From positions 20,242,897-20,306,896 of the forward strand of contig MU054187.1 in NCBI GenBank assembly GCA_013239625.1: 64,000 nt of DNA. Direction: 5' to 3'. Shown here piece after piece: positions 51,524 through 63,910 of this stretch (the first letter of the stretch is position 1; every line of letters begins with the position of its first letter). The position numbers and the translations under genes were made by a program. A model generated the notes under the pieces. The model worked only from the letters and a program-made list of their open reading frames with translations. It was not told where the DNA came from and ran no database searches. The DNA is from Lama guanicoe (Eukaryota).

Positions 51524-52304
51524 TGTTTTGGAACCAAATCAAGCCTGCATTGACTGGGCAGGGTTTCCTCACACCCCCAGCAAGTGATCCTCGGGACACC
51601 AGCTGCGTGTCCTACAGTTCAACTCGATTCTGATACTATCTATCAGACCCCATCCTGCCACCCCCACCATCCCTGCACTCGAATCAGTCATGAGCCCAGG
51701 CTGTCGTCTGGACTTCTGGCTGACTAGCTGTAAATCAGAGGTTCCCAAGACCCCCTTCCTTGTGTTCTATTAATTTGCTAAAGTGGTTCACAGAATTTAG
51801 AAAACCTGTTTACTCACTGGATTAGCAATTTATTATAAAAGAATGCAACTTAGGAACAGCCAGATGGAAGAGATGTCCAGGGCGAGGTATGCGGGGAGGG
51901 GCAAGTCCAGGAAAGCCACTCTCCCTAAATGTGCATAATGCTCACCAATCCAGAAGCTCTCTGAACCCAGTTCTTCTGGGTTTTCATGAGGCTTCATTAC
52001 ATAGGCGTGGTTGATTATATCATTGACCATTGCAGACAGATTCAGCTTCCCTCCTCTCTTCCCTCCCTGGAGGTAACGGGATAGGACTGAAAGTTCCAAC
52101 CTTCTAATCACATGGTTGGTTTATTTGGTGACTTGTCCCATCCTTAAGTGATCTGGGGGTATTCCAGTAGTCACTTCACTAACATGATAAAAGATACCTT
52201 TATTATCTCATAACATAAGAAATTCCAAGGGTTTTAAGAGCCCTGTGACAGAAATGAGGACTAAGTCCAAATATATCTTTCTTCATGTAAATCATGGTAT
52301 CACA
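51524..52304 (-). mobile_element. MER21-family LTR
   Basis: GACACCAGCTGCGTGTCCTACAGTTCAACTC...TAATTTGCTAAAGTGGTTCACAGAA...GAAATTCCAAGGGTTTTAAGAGC...GTATCACA. Confidence 0.88.
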
Positions 52305-52674
52305 ACAGGTAAACAAAACATCTCCGTATGAAGTGTAGTAAAGCAAGCACAATGTAATTACTTTTAGTTATTATTCCGTACTGTGTCTGCGTACGCAAAA
52401 AACAAAATACAGTGAAGCCCTAAAACTAGAAATTCCAGATAACAGTTCCAATTAAGGGAAAACTTACATTGATTTTTACTTAAAAACCATAGCTTTAAAA
52501 AAGAAAACCTGAATGAGGGTCTCCTTCTGTCTCTGGAGTTTAGAAATAAATCACCATTCTTGTATTACTTAGGGAATGTTTCCTTAATCTTACTGCCAGT
52601 AACCGCTTTGTTCCCAATAATTTGTTTTCTTGTTTTTGCTTTTAGTCTTCATGTTGCTCTTAATAGGATTTGAG

Positions 52675-52910
52675 TAAGACTGTAGAGAGCAGAGCTCTGG
52701 CATCAAATTGTTTGGGTTCAGTTCTTGGCTTCGTATATTTCCCTGTGTAACTTAAAAAAGTCACCTAACCCTTTCTCTGGGCTTACGTTTTCCTCTCTGA
52801 TAAACGGGGGTAATAACGCCTAAGCAGGCTTTTGTTAAGAATCAATGGAAGTGCATAAAAACCACTTAAGATAGTGTCTGGCACACAAGAGGTACTCCAT
52901 AAATCTATAA
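52675..52910 (+). mobile_element. MIR SINE, near full length
   Basis: AGAGCAGAGCTCTGGCATCAAATTGTTTGGGTTCA...CTTAAGATAGTGTCTGGCACACAAGAGGTACTCCATAAAT. Confidence 0.8.
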
Positions 52911-54858
52911 TTTTTTTGTGATACCTGTTGTCAACACGAAGATGAAAATGAAATCATTTCTACTCTCTAGAAAGACAGATACATGAGTTCTTGGAGAGCC
53001 AGGTACATTGTAAGCATGTGCAAAAATGCTGAATAGAGGTGAGTAAAGCTGGAGAAAACCTGAGTCCACACTGAGATATTGCACACAGCTCCGCAGGACA
53101 GCTCCCTGATGGAAAGGAAGACAGAGGAAGAACATGATGTTGAACAAAATGAAGAGACAGATAGCATTCCTGTTTCCTGTCATTGTTTCAGCAGGGGAAA
53201 AGATGTTATGGTTAACAATAAGCTTAGGAAAACCATTTTTGTTTTAAAGATTGGCCATTTCAACAACGTTTTTGCTGGTTGGCCTAATTCATTTAAAAAA
53301 TTGATAGGAATACCTTGATCCACAGTTCCAAAGAAACATGATTTTACTCCTTTAAATCTTTTCCAAACCCTTGAACTCAGTGACTTACATACATAAATGT
53401 GACAGTGATGGTCCACGCTTTTTATACCCAACTTGCTCTACAAACTTAATAGTGTATCAAGATGTGTTTCCAGGTCAATGCACACTCTGACTAGAACATG
53501 TTATGTTTTTAATTAATTTTTTTTTCTGTTTTGTTTCAATCAGAGCTTCTGAATAACACAAAGTAAAAAGTGTCACTTTAGCATACTGATAACCATTCTG
53601 GTCAAAAGCAAAATTATTTGGCATTTAGAATAGAGAGTTTCTATAATTCTTCAAGCTTTGGGAAATTTTGAAAATTTCTTTAAGGCCATTTTAAAGTTTT
53701 TCATCCACAGAAGCTCATATAGCCAAACTATGGTCTACTAGATGTATCATTTTTACTCTTGAGAAGTATAATGAATAAGAGGCAGTGGAAAAGGACATTG
53801 TTAACTTTGAGAAGTCTGTTTGAATCCCTGTTGAGCAATATAAAAATATTAAATATAGCAGGAGTTACCTAAAAGCTTTTGAATAATGTTAATAGGTAAT
53901 TCAACTAATTTATTTGATCTGGTTAACTAGAGTATAGCATAAAATTCTAGGATAATACAATCAAAATATCATTTTGGAAAAAAAAGACATGCATATGCCA
54001 CTTTAAAACCTTTAATTATTTAAATCTTAAAATATATAAATTAAATACATTCTGACTCTATAGCAATATAGATATTTAAAATATGGGTAACAATATTCAG
54101 ATATCTTTTGGGCACCTTGCTTTTATGTCCTGTATTATCAAGAAAACACAAAGAGAAAGGGTGTAAAATCAGACCACAAATCTGGGACCATATCCACTAT
54201 CAGAATTTAATAACTTACACAAAAGACGTCAAGAGGTTCTATACTACCAATGCAATTAAAATACTACTTTGGTGACTTTTAGATTCGTTTTGATCCTGAT
54301 GTAGCACGCAGTCTTTAAGTTTTTATGTGAGAATATCAATACACAAAAATGAACTATTTCTACCATGAGCCATCTAAATTTGACACTAGAGTAATTCCCA
54401 GCACACACAATATTTTCTAGGAAGCCGTGCTTCTAAAGCCATAGATTTAAGCTGTGTGTTCTGTGCAAAATTAAACAGACCAGGATCCTTCTGTTGCAAT
54501 ATTCTATAGTTAAGGACCTTTCCGCTACACATCGATTGGTGTGTTTGCCAGGCGGTCTGTCATTAGCATGTGTATAAGAGATTTTGAGTTAATCATGCTC
54601 CTTCTTTCTCTGGACATCCTCCACAGGAGAGAATGGATTTAAGACCTGTTGTTAACCTTGTCATTCCCAATTATGAATAAGAAAAACTTCCGAACACCAT
54701 AATCACATTCTCTTTGTAAATGAGGTTCTGTATTAACAGATGTTAACATTTAATGCAGCTGTTAAAAACGTTTCTGAAGCCTATTAGAAAAGTGACCCAA
54801 ATTAATATGAACCAAAATAGTGTTTAATTTCTTGACTTTGGTTACAGAGGGCTGATTT

Positions 54859-55196
54859 TGTTACTGCAGGGCAGGAAGGAAAAAAGCCTCAACGCTTTGC
54901 TTTATCTGAGAAAAAATTTAAACAGAAGACTAAAAGGGTGACATAAACAAAGGATTTTATTAGCAGAGCAGAAGTCAGTAAAGTATAGGACAACTTTGAG
55001 ATGAAGGTGGGCCAACTCAAGAAAGGAAAAACAAAAGGCACTGCTCCTTTGTTTCTCCTGCCTCATATCCTGACTTAGGGGTGTTCTAGTGACTGATTGA
55101 CAGCTCATGTCCCTTGAGTGCTCAGTCACCCATCTCTTGTGCATGCTCTTACCCAGGATGCACACAGAAAACCTGCAGTTTTCTCACTACATAACA
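54859..55196 (-). mobile_element. Probable ERV1-class solo LTR, family not recognised
   Basis: Inverted termini TGTTA...TAACA, minus-strand AATAAA near 54957-54962, and higher GC than the flanks. Confidence 0.6.
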
Positions 55197-55567
55197 GCTT
55201 CATTGTTTATGCACATGGTAAATACTGTCTTTCAATAACACCCAAGTTAATAGGTGATATGTCATAGCCAAGATAATTACTGAACTGACACCACCTTAGC
55301 CAAAGTCCATGGTCCCTGAGAAACTGTGTACGGATTCACTTTTGGGTTAAATAACCAAACTGTGGTTAAAATGATGAACTGTGGCTCAAGGGAGTAAGGA
55401 GTGAAGTTCACTATGTTTGAACATGCCTGCTTTCAGTGAAACCACAGAGACTGAGATAGAAGTTCCTATCACAGAACAGAGGTCCTAGACAGAATATCTG
55501 CTCAATAATTAACATTGTAATATTTCTAGACATTTTCTCTGAAAGACAGAATTTAATTTAATTAGAT

Positions 55568-55640
55568 CATCTATTTCTATACTATATCCCTATCTATCCA
55601 TCCATCCATCTACCTATCTATCTACTTACCTACCTATAGA
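55568..55640. repeat. Degenerate (CTAT/CCAT/CTAC)n tetranucleotide repeat
   Basis: Directly visible. Confidence 0.8.
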
Positions 55641-56709
55641 GAGATAATACAGAGGACAGTGAAGAGGACACTAAGAGTGTTCTAAAAATTAATAGAAAAT
55701 ACCATTGAAATTCCCACAGATGAGCACAATTACGTCAAAAAGAAAATTGTGTGCTCACTTCCCTCTTCTTGTCTTTTACTTTATTTGTCAATTAAATTAC
55801 AAAAACATTTGTAAAAGATAAGATGAGAACTGGTCCTACTAATGCACATTATTGACTTTATTATTAGTGTAAGTAGCATTGTACATTGTAGTTTCCTGTG
55901 AGGGGTCGCTTGCATAATTTCATAGGTGATGATAAAGTGTAAATAAAATGAAGCTGCATTGTTAGACTTTTGAAATAAAGCTTGTGGCAGGACAAAATCA
56001 GAAAAGTCAGAAAAGAGGACAAATATCTGTAATAAATTATAAATGAGTCTATAAATAAATCAGATTCATGTCAAAAGGTTCTAGGTAAAATATTTATTAA
56101 ACCTTTTTTTAAATTTTTAGTGGTTAAGTAATGTTACAGTTTCTGACACATCTGGGATGGTAATAAAAAAGGCTTTTGGTGATTCTCTTTAGAGCTCTGA
56201 CAGCACCCTTAGTAGGACTGTGAGCTCAGCAATTTTGAGTGTTTTAGTTTGCAATTTATACAAATGCTTAAGTCTTTGTTTCAGAGGAAATGGCTCCCTT
56301 GGGGAACTCAAAGATGCCAAGCCAAGCCATTTGGGATTGATAGATTATACTTTCATTCTGAAGAAATCCAGAGCCTCCTCTTAATTGTAAAAATATAATT
56401 TCCATCCTTAACCCTGACCTTTCCCTGGACATAAGATATTTGTTAAATGCATGCCCAGCAATTAACAGCCTTATGTCAGCAATCAGAATAAGGTATGGGG
56501 GAGAAATAACAGTGCAGCTGTGAATGCTTTTTCCAGAAATAGTGGAACTTCTAATAGGAAAATAAGGACTGCTTCAAAAAATATCTATGCAAGACCTTGC
56601 TAGAAAATTGAGATATATACAAAGATGTTCATGTGATTTGTTCTCATGTAGTCAAGATTTTTCATATTTTGAAAACTGGAAGTTTTCTAAAATTCAGAAA
56701 TTCCAAAAT

Positions 56710-56852
56710 TCAGGAGTAACACATAGTCATTTTTACTATATCCTACTTGTTAGAATCAATTCATTAAGTCCTGCCCACCCAGGAGCAGATGGAATTGTAA
56801 AAAAAAAAAAAAAGGTGACTACCAGGAGGTCAGGATCATTTGGAAACTTGTC
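56710..56852 (-). mobile_element. MLT1 (F-J-like) LTR fragment
   Basis: TATCCTACTTGTTAGAATCAATTCATTAAGTCCTGCCCAC...TACCAGGAGGTCAGGATCATT. Confidence 0.65.
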
Positions 56853-56874
56853 TGCTCAGAACTGTCCTTTTTTT

Positions 56875-57230
56875 CTTCCCTTTTCCCTGGGAATGAAAAG
56901 TGAAATTCTAGCTCTGGCCCACATGAACCTTCATGGTCTTGCCTTCGTGTCTTCCTCTTGCCACCTCTGTGACTACATCTTTTACTTCCCTTAGTTAACA
57001 CCACTCAAGTTCTGACCTTGTTCTTCAAACATGCCAATCAAGCTACTGCCTCAAGAATTATTCTGTTAATAATTTCTCTGCCTATAAGATTCATTCTCCA
57101 ATGTCAAATTGCTCACTTCCTTTATTTCCTTAAGATTTTGCTCAAATGCCACCTTAACAGAGAAATTCCCTCTGATTTCTCTCAATAGAAAAAAAGACCA
57201 AAATCACTCTCCATGCCACTTACATTGCTT
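56875..57230 (+). mobile_element. L2a fragment
   Basis: TGTTCTTCAAACATGCCAA...TGCCTCAAG...TTTGCTCAAATGCCACCTT. Confidence 0.75.
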
Positions 57231-57324
57231 TTTTTGTTGAATCTAACACAAAAATACATTCTGATTGTATACTTCCCGGGAGTAATAACTTTTTAATCTT
57301 TAGATATAACCCTGGTTCCTTTCT

Positions 57325-58087
57325 TCTTCTAGTCCCATATGTAAGTGATATTATACTTTTTCCTTTCTCTTTCTGGCTTACTACACTTAGTATGATGAGC
57401 TTCAGGTCCATCCATGTTGCTGCATGGCATTATTTATTATTTTTTATGGCTGAGTAGTATGCCATTGAATACATATACTACAACTTTTTTATCCAGTCAT
57501 CTATTGATGGACATTTAGGTTGTTTCCATGTCTTGGCTATTGCAAATAGTGTTGCTGTGAACATGGAGGTGCATGGATCTTTTCAAATTAGAGTTTCCTC
57601 AAATATATGCCCACCAGTGGGATTGCCAGGTCATACAGTAAGTCTGTTTTCAATTTTGTAAGTCTATTTTTCATAATCAAATTACATTCCCACCAAAAGT
57701 GTAGGAGGGCTCTCTGTCCTCAACACCCTGTCTAGAGTTTATCATTTATGGACTTTTTAATGATGGTGATTCTGACTGGTGTGAGGTGATACCTCATTGT
57801 AGTTTTGATTTTCAGTTCTCTGCTAATTAGTGATATTGAGCATTTTCTCATGTGCCTATTCATATGTCTTCAGTGAAGAAATGTTTATTTAGGTCCTCTG
57901 CCCATTTTCTGATTGGGTTGTTTGTCCTTTCATTGTTTAGTTGTATGAGCTGTTTGTATATTCTGGAAATTAAGCCCTTGTCAGTTGCATTGTTTGCAAA
58001 TATTTTCCCCCATTCCATAGGTGGTCTTTTCATTTTATTTACAGTTTCTTTTGCTGCACCAAAGCTTATAAGTTTAATTAGTTCCCA
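57325..58087 (-). mobile_element. L1 ORF2 end/3'UTR (artiodactyl or camelid-type)
   Basis: GGTCCATCCATGTTGCTGC...CTGACTGGTGTGAGGTGATACCTCATTGTAGTTTTGATTT...AAGCTTATAAGTTTAATTAGTTCCCA. Confidence 0.92.
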
Positions 58088-58189
58088 AATCTTAGCAATA
58101 TTCTCCTAGGACAATCTTCTGAGGCAATAGGAATAAATGTAAGAAGCAAAACAAAAGAAAACAAAACAAAAAAACAAATGGGACCCAAT
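58088..58189 (+). mobile_element. Inverted L1 ORF2 segment adjoining the previous element
   Basis: CAATATTCTCCTAGGACAATCTTCTGAGGCAATAGGAATAAA...AACAAATGGGACCCAAT is the L1 sequence just upstream of where the minus-strand piece begins. Confidence 0.75.
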
Positions 58190-59751
58190 GTGCATTTCTT
58201 TCAATTTTTCCACGAGAAATGCCACCTTATATTGTAAGTGAACATCATGATATTGTGTGTAGTGCCATAGCTGGAAGTGGTCATTTTCACTGCTAGTGGC
58301 TTCACAATGAAATGACTGTAAAAATAAACCTCTATATATTCAAAGTAACTGAAAGGAAAGTAATGTGACATCAAATTAGGGATATGTAACAATGGAGAGC
58401 AGGTAATGATCAAGAAACATCTTTTTTTTTTTTGCAATTTTACTTGGAATAAAAAAGACCTTGCCTAATCATTGCTTTTAAAAATATACTGTGTGTCTAT
58501 ATTCTTTCAATTCATCAAGCAAGTAATCCTACATTCTAAGTAGTGTAACATGAATTCTGTATATGCTATTTTCCTAAGGTCATTAACTGAATGTCTTATC
58601 TAGTTAATGTTTTAAATGGTCACTGATAAATATAAGATTTGATTCAAAAACCCATGTAGATAGAATATAAATCAACTCTCACACAAAATTCAGGTCTGGT
58701 TAGAAATGGGAAGACCAGCCTCACCAGGAAAGTGAGACACTTGAAATAAGTAGAAAGACAAGAGAGTAAGATGGCAGAGTGAAGTTGATAAACCACTTCC
58801 AACGAAAGCAGCAATTAATCAGTCAAGGGATGGCCAAACTAAACAATATAAACTCAACCAAACTAAAATCAGACACAATCAACCATCATCAGCAAGGGTC
58901 AACGTGGGACTTTTGTTTGTTGGTTGGTTTTGGTCATTTCCCACCACCTCCCAACTATTTACTCTTCTTGAATCCATTTACTCCCAGTGATAATAAAATG
59001 TTTCTTCTGGGTGTTTCAAGTACGCTGTCAGAGTGCAAGGTGTTGATCTGAAGAAGAATGAAGTAAGTGGAAAGATGAGGGGAAGGATGTCAAAGCAGAA
59101 AGACAATAAATGATGGAATGTGGAGGGCAGCTCAAGATGTATAAAGGCACAAGTCAAATCCAGAGCAATGGAACCACCATGCACCTGTGCAACTGGGAAT
59201 GGAATCGGTGCTATGTAGTGTGGTAATTTACATCTTAACCTACTGTATGGACTCAGTTCTAGGAAGTCATTGCAGGCTTTTTATAGGGGACCAAGCAAAG
59301 GGACAGTGCACCTTCACATTCCCCGGAATAGTTTCTGATCCCCCTCTCTCAAGTTACCCCACATACAAAATCCTCTGTTTCCTTAAAGCATTTGACAAAC
59401 ACACAAGTCTGTTTTAGACTTTCCCAAATTCTTATTCATTATTTTTAAAGTGAGGCTATCTTTTCAAAATTCTTTGCAAAAGGAAAGAAGATCTTTGAAT
59501 AGAGAAATATTCAAATCTATATAGAATCATGTGCAAATTATTTTGTTGTTTTACAGACTTACTTTTGCATAGTACTCAGAAAATACAAGAAGTCAGTTTC
59601 TAAGTCCACGCAAATGCAGCATTTAATAAAATCACTATTATCACCAAGAAAGAATATCTGTTAACCACATTGTCTGTTTTCTTTTAACGGGGGCATTTTA
59701 CCTCCACAAAGAACTGACCCAGCTAGCTAATATATAACAAGTAATGTGATT

Positions 59752-59928
59752 TTTTTTCTTTTTTTCTTTTAATCGAGGTATAGTTGATTTACAAGGTTGT
59801 GTTAGTTTCCAGTGTACAGCAAAGTGATTCAGTTATATCTATATATTTTTTCAATACTCTTTTCCATTATGGTTTATTACAGGATATTGAATATAGTTCC
59901 CGGCGCTACACAGTAAAACCTTGTTGTT
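59752..59928 (-). mobile_element. 5'-truncated L1 3' end (artiodactyl-type)
   Basis: GAGGTATAGTTGATTTACAAGGTTGTGTTAGTTTCCAGTGTACAGCAAAGTGATTCAG. Degenerate 15-bp TSD (12/15) at 59737-59751 and 59929-59943. Confidence 0.88.
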
Positions 59929-61599
59929 ACAGGCAAAGTGATTACATTGCAACTGACAAATTTTTATTACTGAAAATATAGTCTTATTCAAACTGGTGAC
60001 CTTGAGCTGAAAATTCTGTGTATTGTATTACTGCTCATAAGAGTTTTCTTGTTTCTTTTCAATCCTTATTTTTAACAAATGTCCTGAAATAGTATAAATT
60101 TACCCTAAAGCTATGTACTATTGCTACCATGTCTTTTCTATATTAATATAAATGAAACAAGGCAGACACTGTATTATTAAGGTTTATTTTGCACGTGCTG
60201 TCACCTGTCCGTCTTAGGAAGGTTCACTCGGTACTCCATGAGACCAACAATTCTGCTGTCAGCTTACCTCACAGATCTAGGAGTAATGAACACATCAGAT
60301 ACTGACCTCAAGTAACATTCCCCCTGATTTGTCCCCTTTCACAGCACACTTGGGTTACACCCCATTACGTCCCATAGCATTGTCTCACTCATGGATTTCA
60401 CAAAAAAATGAAGATGTGGGGAGAGGGAGAAATAGAAAAAAAATGATGGATTTTCCAGTTATAGAAAAGAATTATTTTCAATAAGGACCAACTATGTTGA
60501 AAAGCTAAATCCATAGGAACTCTTTGTGTAAGAGGCAGATCCCATAGTTCTTTTCAGTCTTCCGTGATCCTAAGATTCATTTACTCTGCTCCTTTCTGAA
60601 CTAATCCCAAAGATTACAAAAGCTGGTGGCCCAGGCTAATATGTTGTGTGTGTTTGTTTTAAATAGTTGTATCTGCTGCTGCCTTCTCATACTGGGGAAG
60701 TCAGCCTCACTATAAAAACAAATCCACCATGTAAAAATGATTTTGAGAATTATTAAATTCAGTAACACTTCCTGCATCAGCTTCGTGAAATTGTTATTAA
60801 AGCCTTTAAGCACGAGTGTATCTTCTTCATGAACTATGTGCTTACTATTTTTAGGAGCTAAAATGGTCTGTCTTTTGCTTCTTGTTGTCCTCTCTGTTTC
60901 CATTATGCATCTATTTTCCTTGCCTTACTGTTTGTCCCTATGATTCATGATTACCATCCGGGAGTGGAATATATTAGAAGCCAATAAAATTAGATGATCC
61001 ATCTTCAAAGTAACATAAATTAGAAAAAAAATAAGAACATGGTGGCATCAATGAGGTTGTGACTCAAAGCTTTATTTCTCAGTTCTTCATGCTAAAAGTC
61101 CTCACCTGCTTTTAATTTTCAGTAGAAGAGCTACCATACTGAACCCAGTGTTAGTCCTGGCCAATAAGAAAAAACTTAGCTCATAAAAATGAACTTCTTA
61201 TTTTCAAGCACTGTATCTCAAAGCCACTATTATTACCATAAGGCACAACTTGGTTGTTTAAGACTATTTGTTGTTTTGACTTGTCAACCAGGTATACGAG
61301 TTTTATGCAGCTTTTCACCTGTAAGTATTTTTTTTAATTTTTGGAATTCCTTAAACACGTTGTTTTAAGTGTATGTATTAAAGTCATGAAACAAAGTGGA
61401 ATAAATCCACATAAAACATACAAATGGATTCAAAAGTAGGTACAACTCTGTTTTACAGAAAAGACAGATCTGAAGAATGAAAAAGCAGTCAGTCTAGGTG
61501 ACTGAAGTTAAAGTCATGGAAACTAACATGTTGGGTGACTTCTGTTAGAAAGAAAGCCGTGACATTATTTTAGCATTTTAGAGAAAAAAAGAAATAATA

Positions 61600-61955
61600 C
61601 TATAATTCCCTTTTTTTAATGAAACTAGTCCAAAACTGAAATATAAACACGGAAATTCTAATAAGAAAAAAGAGGAATAAATAGTGGAAAGATAGGAAAA
61701 GTTGATCTAAAAGCTATCGAACAATATTAAAAGTGTAGCATATGTTTGAGTGGAGCCCCAGAAACAGTAAAGAGCAAGAACAAAGTCCCAAAATATAGGA
61801 AGAGACAATAGCTAAGAATTTACTAAAACTAGTGAAAGGCAATGAATGGCATGTCCAGGATGTTTGTGCAAGTCCAAGCACGATAATTAAAAAGGAAAGT
61901 ACAACCAGGCATGTAAAGATAAAGATGAAACCTTAAAAAAAGGCAGAGAAAAAAT
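61600..61955 (+). mobile_element. Old L1 ORF1 remnant
   Basis: Pieces translate to GAPE, EETIAKNLLKLVK and SPSTIIKKESTTRHVKIK, resembling ORF1p GVPE...EEIIAENFPNL...TPRHIIIK. Confidence 0.7.
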
Positions 61956-63824
61956 AATATATCCATGTACACACTTTATGAAATAGATTATGTGCAAATA
62001 GTGAAAAAGTTTCTCCAATTTAAGTTCATGCTAAATTTTCACATGATTTGATTAACATTGAGAATCTGGGAGTATCTCCATCCTTGTTTGCTACCAGCTG
62101 TAATGAAGAAATATGTGGAGTTACTGGAAAATGATGCTCTTAGACACTGTCAGTTTCTGTGAAAGAAAAACATTATCCCTCACGCTGAGAGAGGTATAAC
62201 ATCTCATCTGTCACACGTGTTATGAATATACATGGGACCCATTCCTAATAGCCCTCTTATCAATCAATATTAGAGGCTGGAAATAGACTCTGTGCCTGAA
62301 ACTTCCTGGTTAGTTCCACTCTCAGAAAGCACAAGCCAAGGTGGCCGTTTTTGGCATATGTGTCCCTTGCTGGTGATGAGCAACCATGGAAGGTATCATC
62401 TCCAATCTTCAGTCAGACCTGCTGTGTCTGCCTCTGTTCATTTTTGAAATAAATCACTGGATGTTTGCCACATTTAAACACCATATATTTAGGAAATAAT
62501 TAGATACGTTTGCACACCTTGCAAGAAAAATAGAAACTTGATAAGTGTTTCTTCAGTTATTGAATGATTGAGTCCCTATTATCTATTCAGAAAAAGTTAC
62601 AAATTGTGGGGCAAGTGTAATACAGCTTCTTCAGGCCAGTTTCTATTATCACGTGACTATGTTACTTCAATAGCCATCTAATTCTTTCCTCTGCACATGT
62701 TATTGACTCTTCTGATCTTGGCCAAAATAACTTTCAAAATTCAGTTTGGGTTTATGGCTTAATAACTTATAGCTTTAATCTGGTCTTCAAATTTAATCAG
62801 CGCCACTAGGCACTGCATCCTGGGGAGAAACGTCAGCAGTTAAGTGATACATGAAACCAGTCACTTCATCTATGTCTGTCTGTGCCAAGTGGCCTTTCTT
62901 CTGGGCAAATCTGTAATCATGGACCGTGCCACACATTCACTGATCCACCTGAAAACAAGTCTTTCAGAGACTGAAATCTTCAGCCTTGCCTAAGGGAACA
63001 CCTCCATCTTTGAACTTTTATTGTGTTGTTTTGTACAGAGCATTCTCTGTACTAATTTGTCATGGCTATAAAGCAATTAGCAAAACAGCTTACATTTATA
63101 TTTATTTTCCAGTCCACACACTCCTGTCTGCCCCATGTTTTTTATCCTTAAAATCTATTCCATTCAAGAAATAAGTCATTGGAGAAGTGTGTGTATATAT
63201 TTATGTATATATTTAATGTGAGAAGGGTACCCATCAGCATTTGGAAAGAAATTGGAAACCATATCAATAAAAATAACCAAATCTGATATAATGCATTCTA
63301 CTCAAGTAACCACAGTGAGAAAACGTTTAAGTCCTAGGTCCTTAGCGAATCAGGTGTGTAATCTAGCTCCCATGATTGTAACATCAGTATTCACATAATA
63401 TTAACTTAGAATCTGTAATGTTTATGTTTAAAAGTTTATAGGTCATATGAAACTGTTACACAACTATAAGATGGGTTAGAAATGACCACCTCTTTAGGAA
63501 TTCAGGAAATAACTGTATGACACTTGCTACCATGAAATAATGCTCACTGGTTTTGATAAACAGGATGTCTAACATTTAACGTATTTCAAACTCTTGCTAT
63601 ATGTAGTTAAACACTGTCAAAACAGATATACTCTCAGATTTTTCTTTCTTTAATGTGGACTGATAAGGACTGGAGAGGACATCTGAAAGGTAGGAACCAC
63701 ATCAGCAACATCAGTATTTGCACGGAGAAATCCTATGAGCTCAGAGGAAGGGAGAGCGTGCTTTGGCTGTGGGTGAAAGGAAGCAGAGGCAGCTTCTGGT
63801 AGGTGGGGAAAGGGATGTGGGGAA

Positions 63825-63910
63825 GGTGGAGCCTCCTGAGGTGGGTGGAGCCTCCTGGGGTGGGTGGAGCTTCCTGGGGTGGGTGGAGCCTCCAGGCTCC
63901 AGGGTGGAGC
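63825..63910. repeat. 19-bp G-rich minisatellite, about 4 copies
   Basis: Unit GGTGGAGCYTCCTGRGGTG at 63825, 63844 and 63863, partial at 63882, and GGTGGAGC again at 63903. Confidence 0.9.

Noticed and set aside
56587..56994. 135-aa ORF
   Set aside because: It runs across MLT1 and L2 fragments and a poly-A run; a chance ORF.
62798..62817. CTCF-like site (minus strand TGCAGTGCCTAGTGGCGCTG)
   Set aside because: It aligns to the core only with a 1-nt deletion or with mismatches at key positions.
63825..63910. CRISPR-like array
   Set aside because: The units are head-to-tail with no unique spacers, and the context is mammalian.
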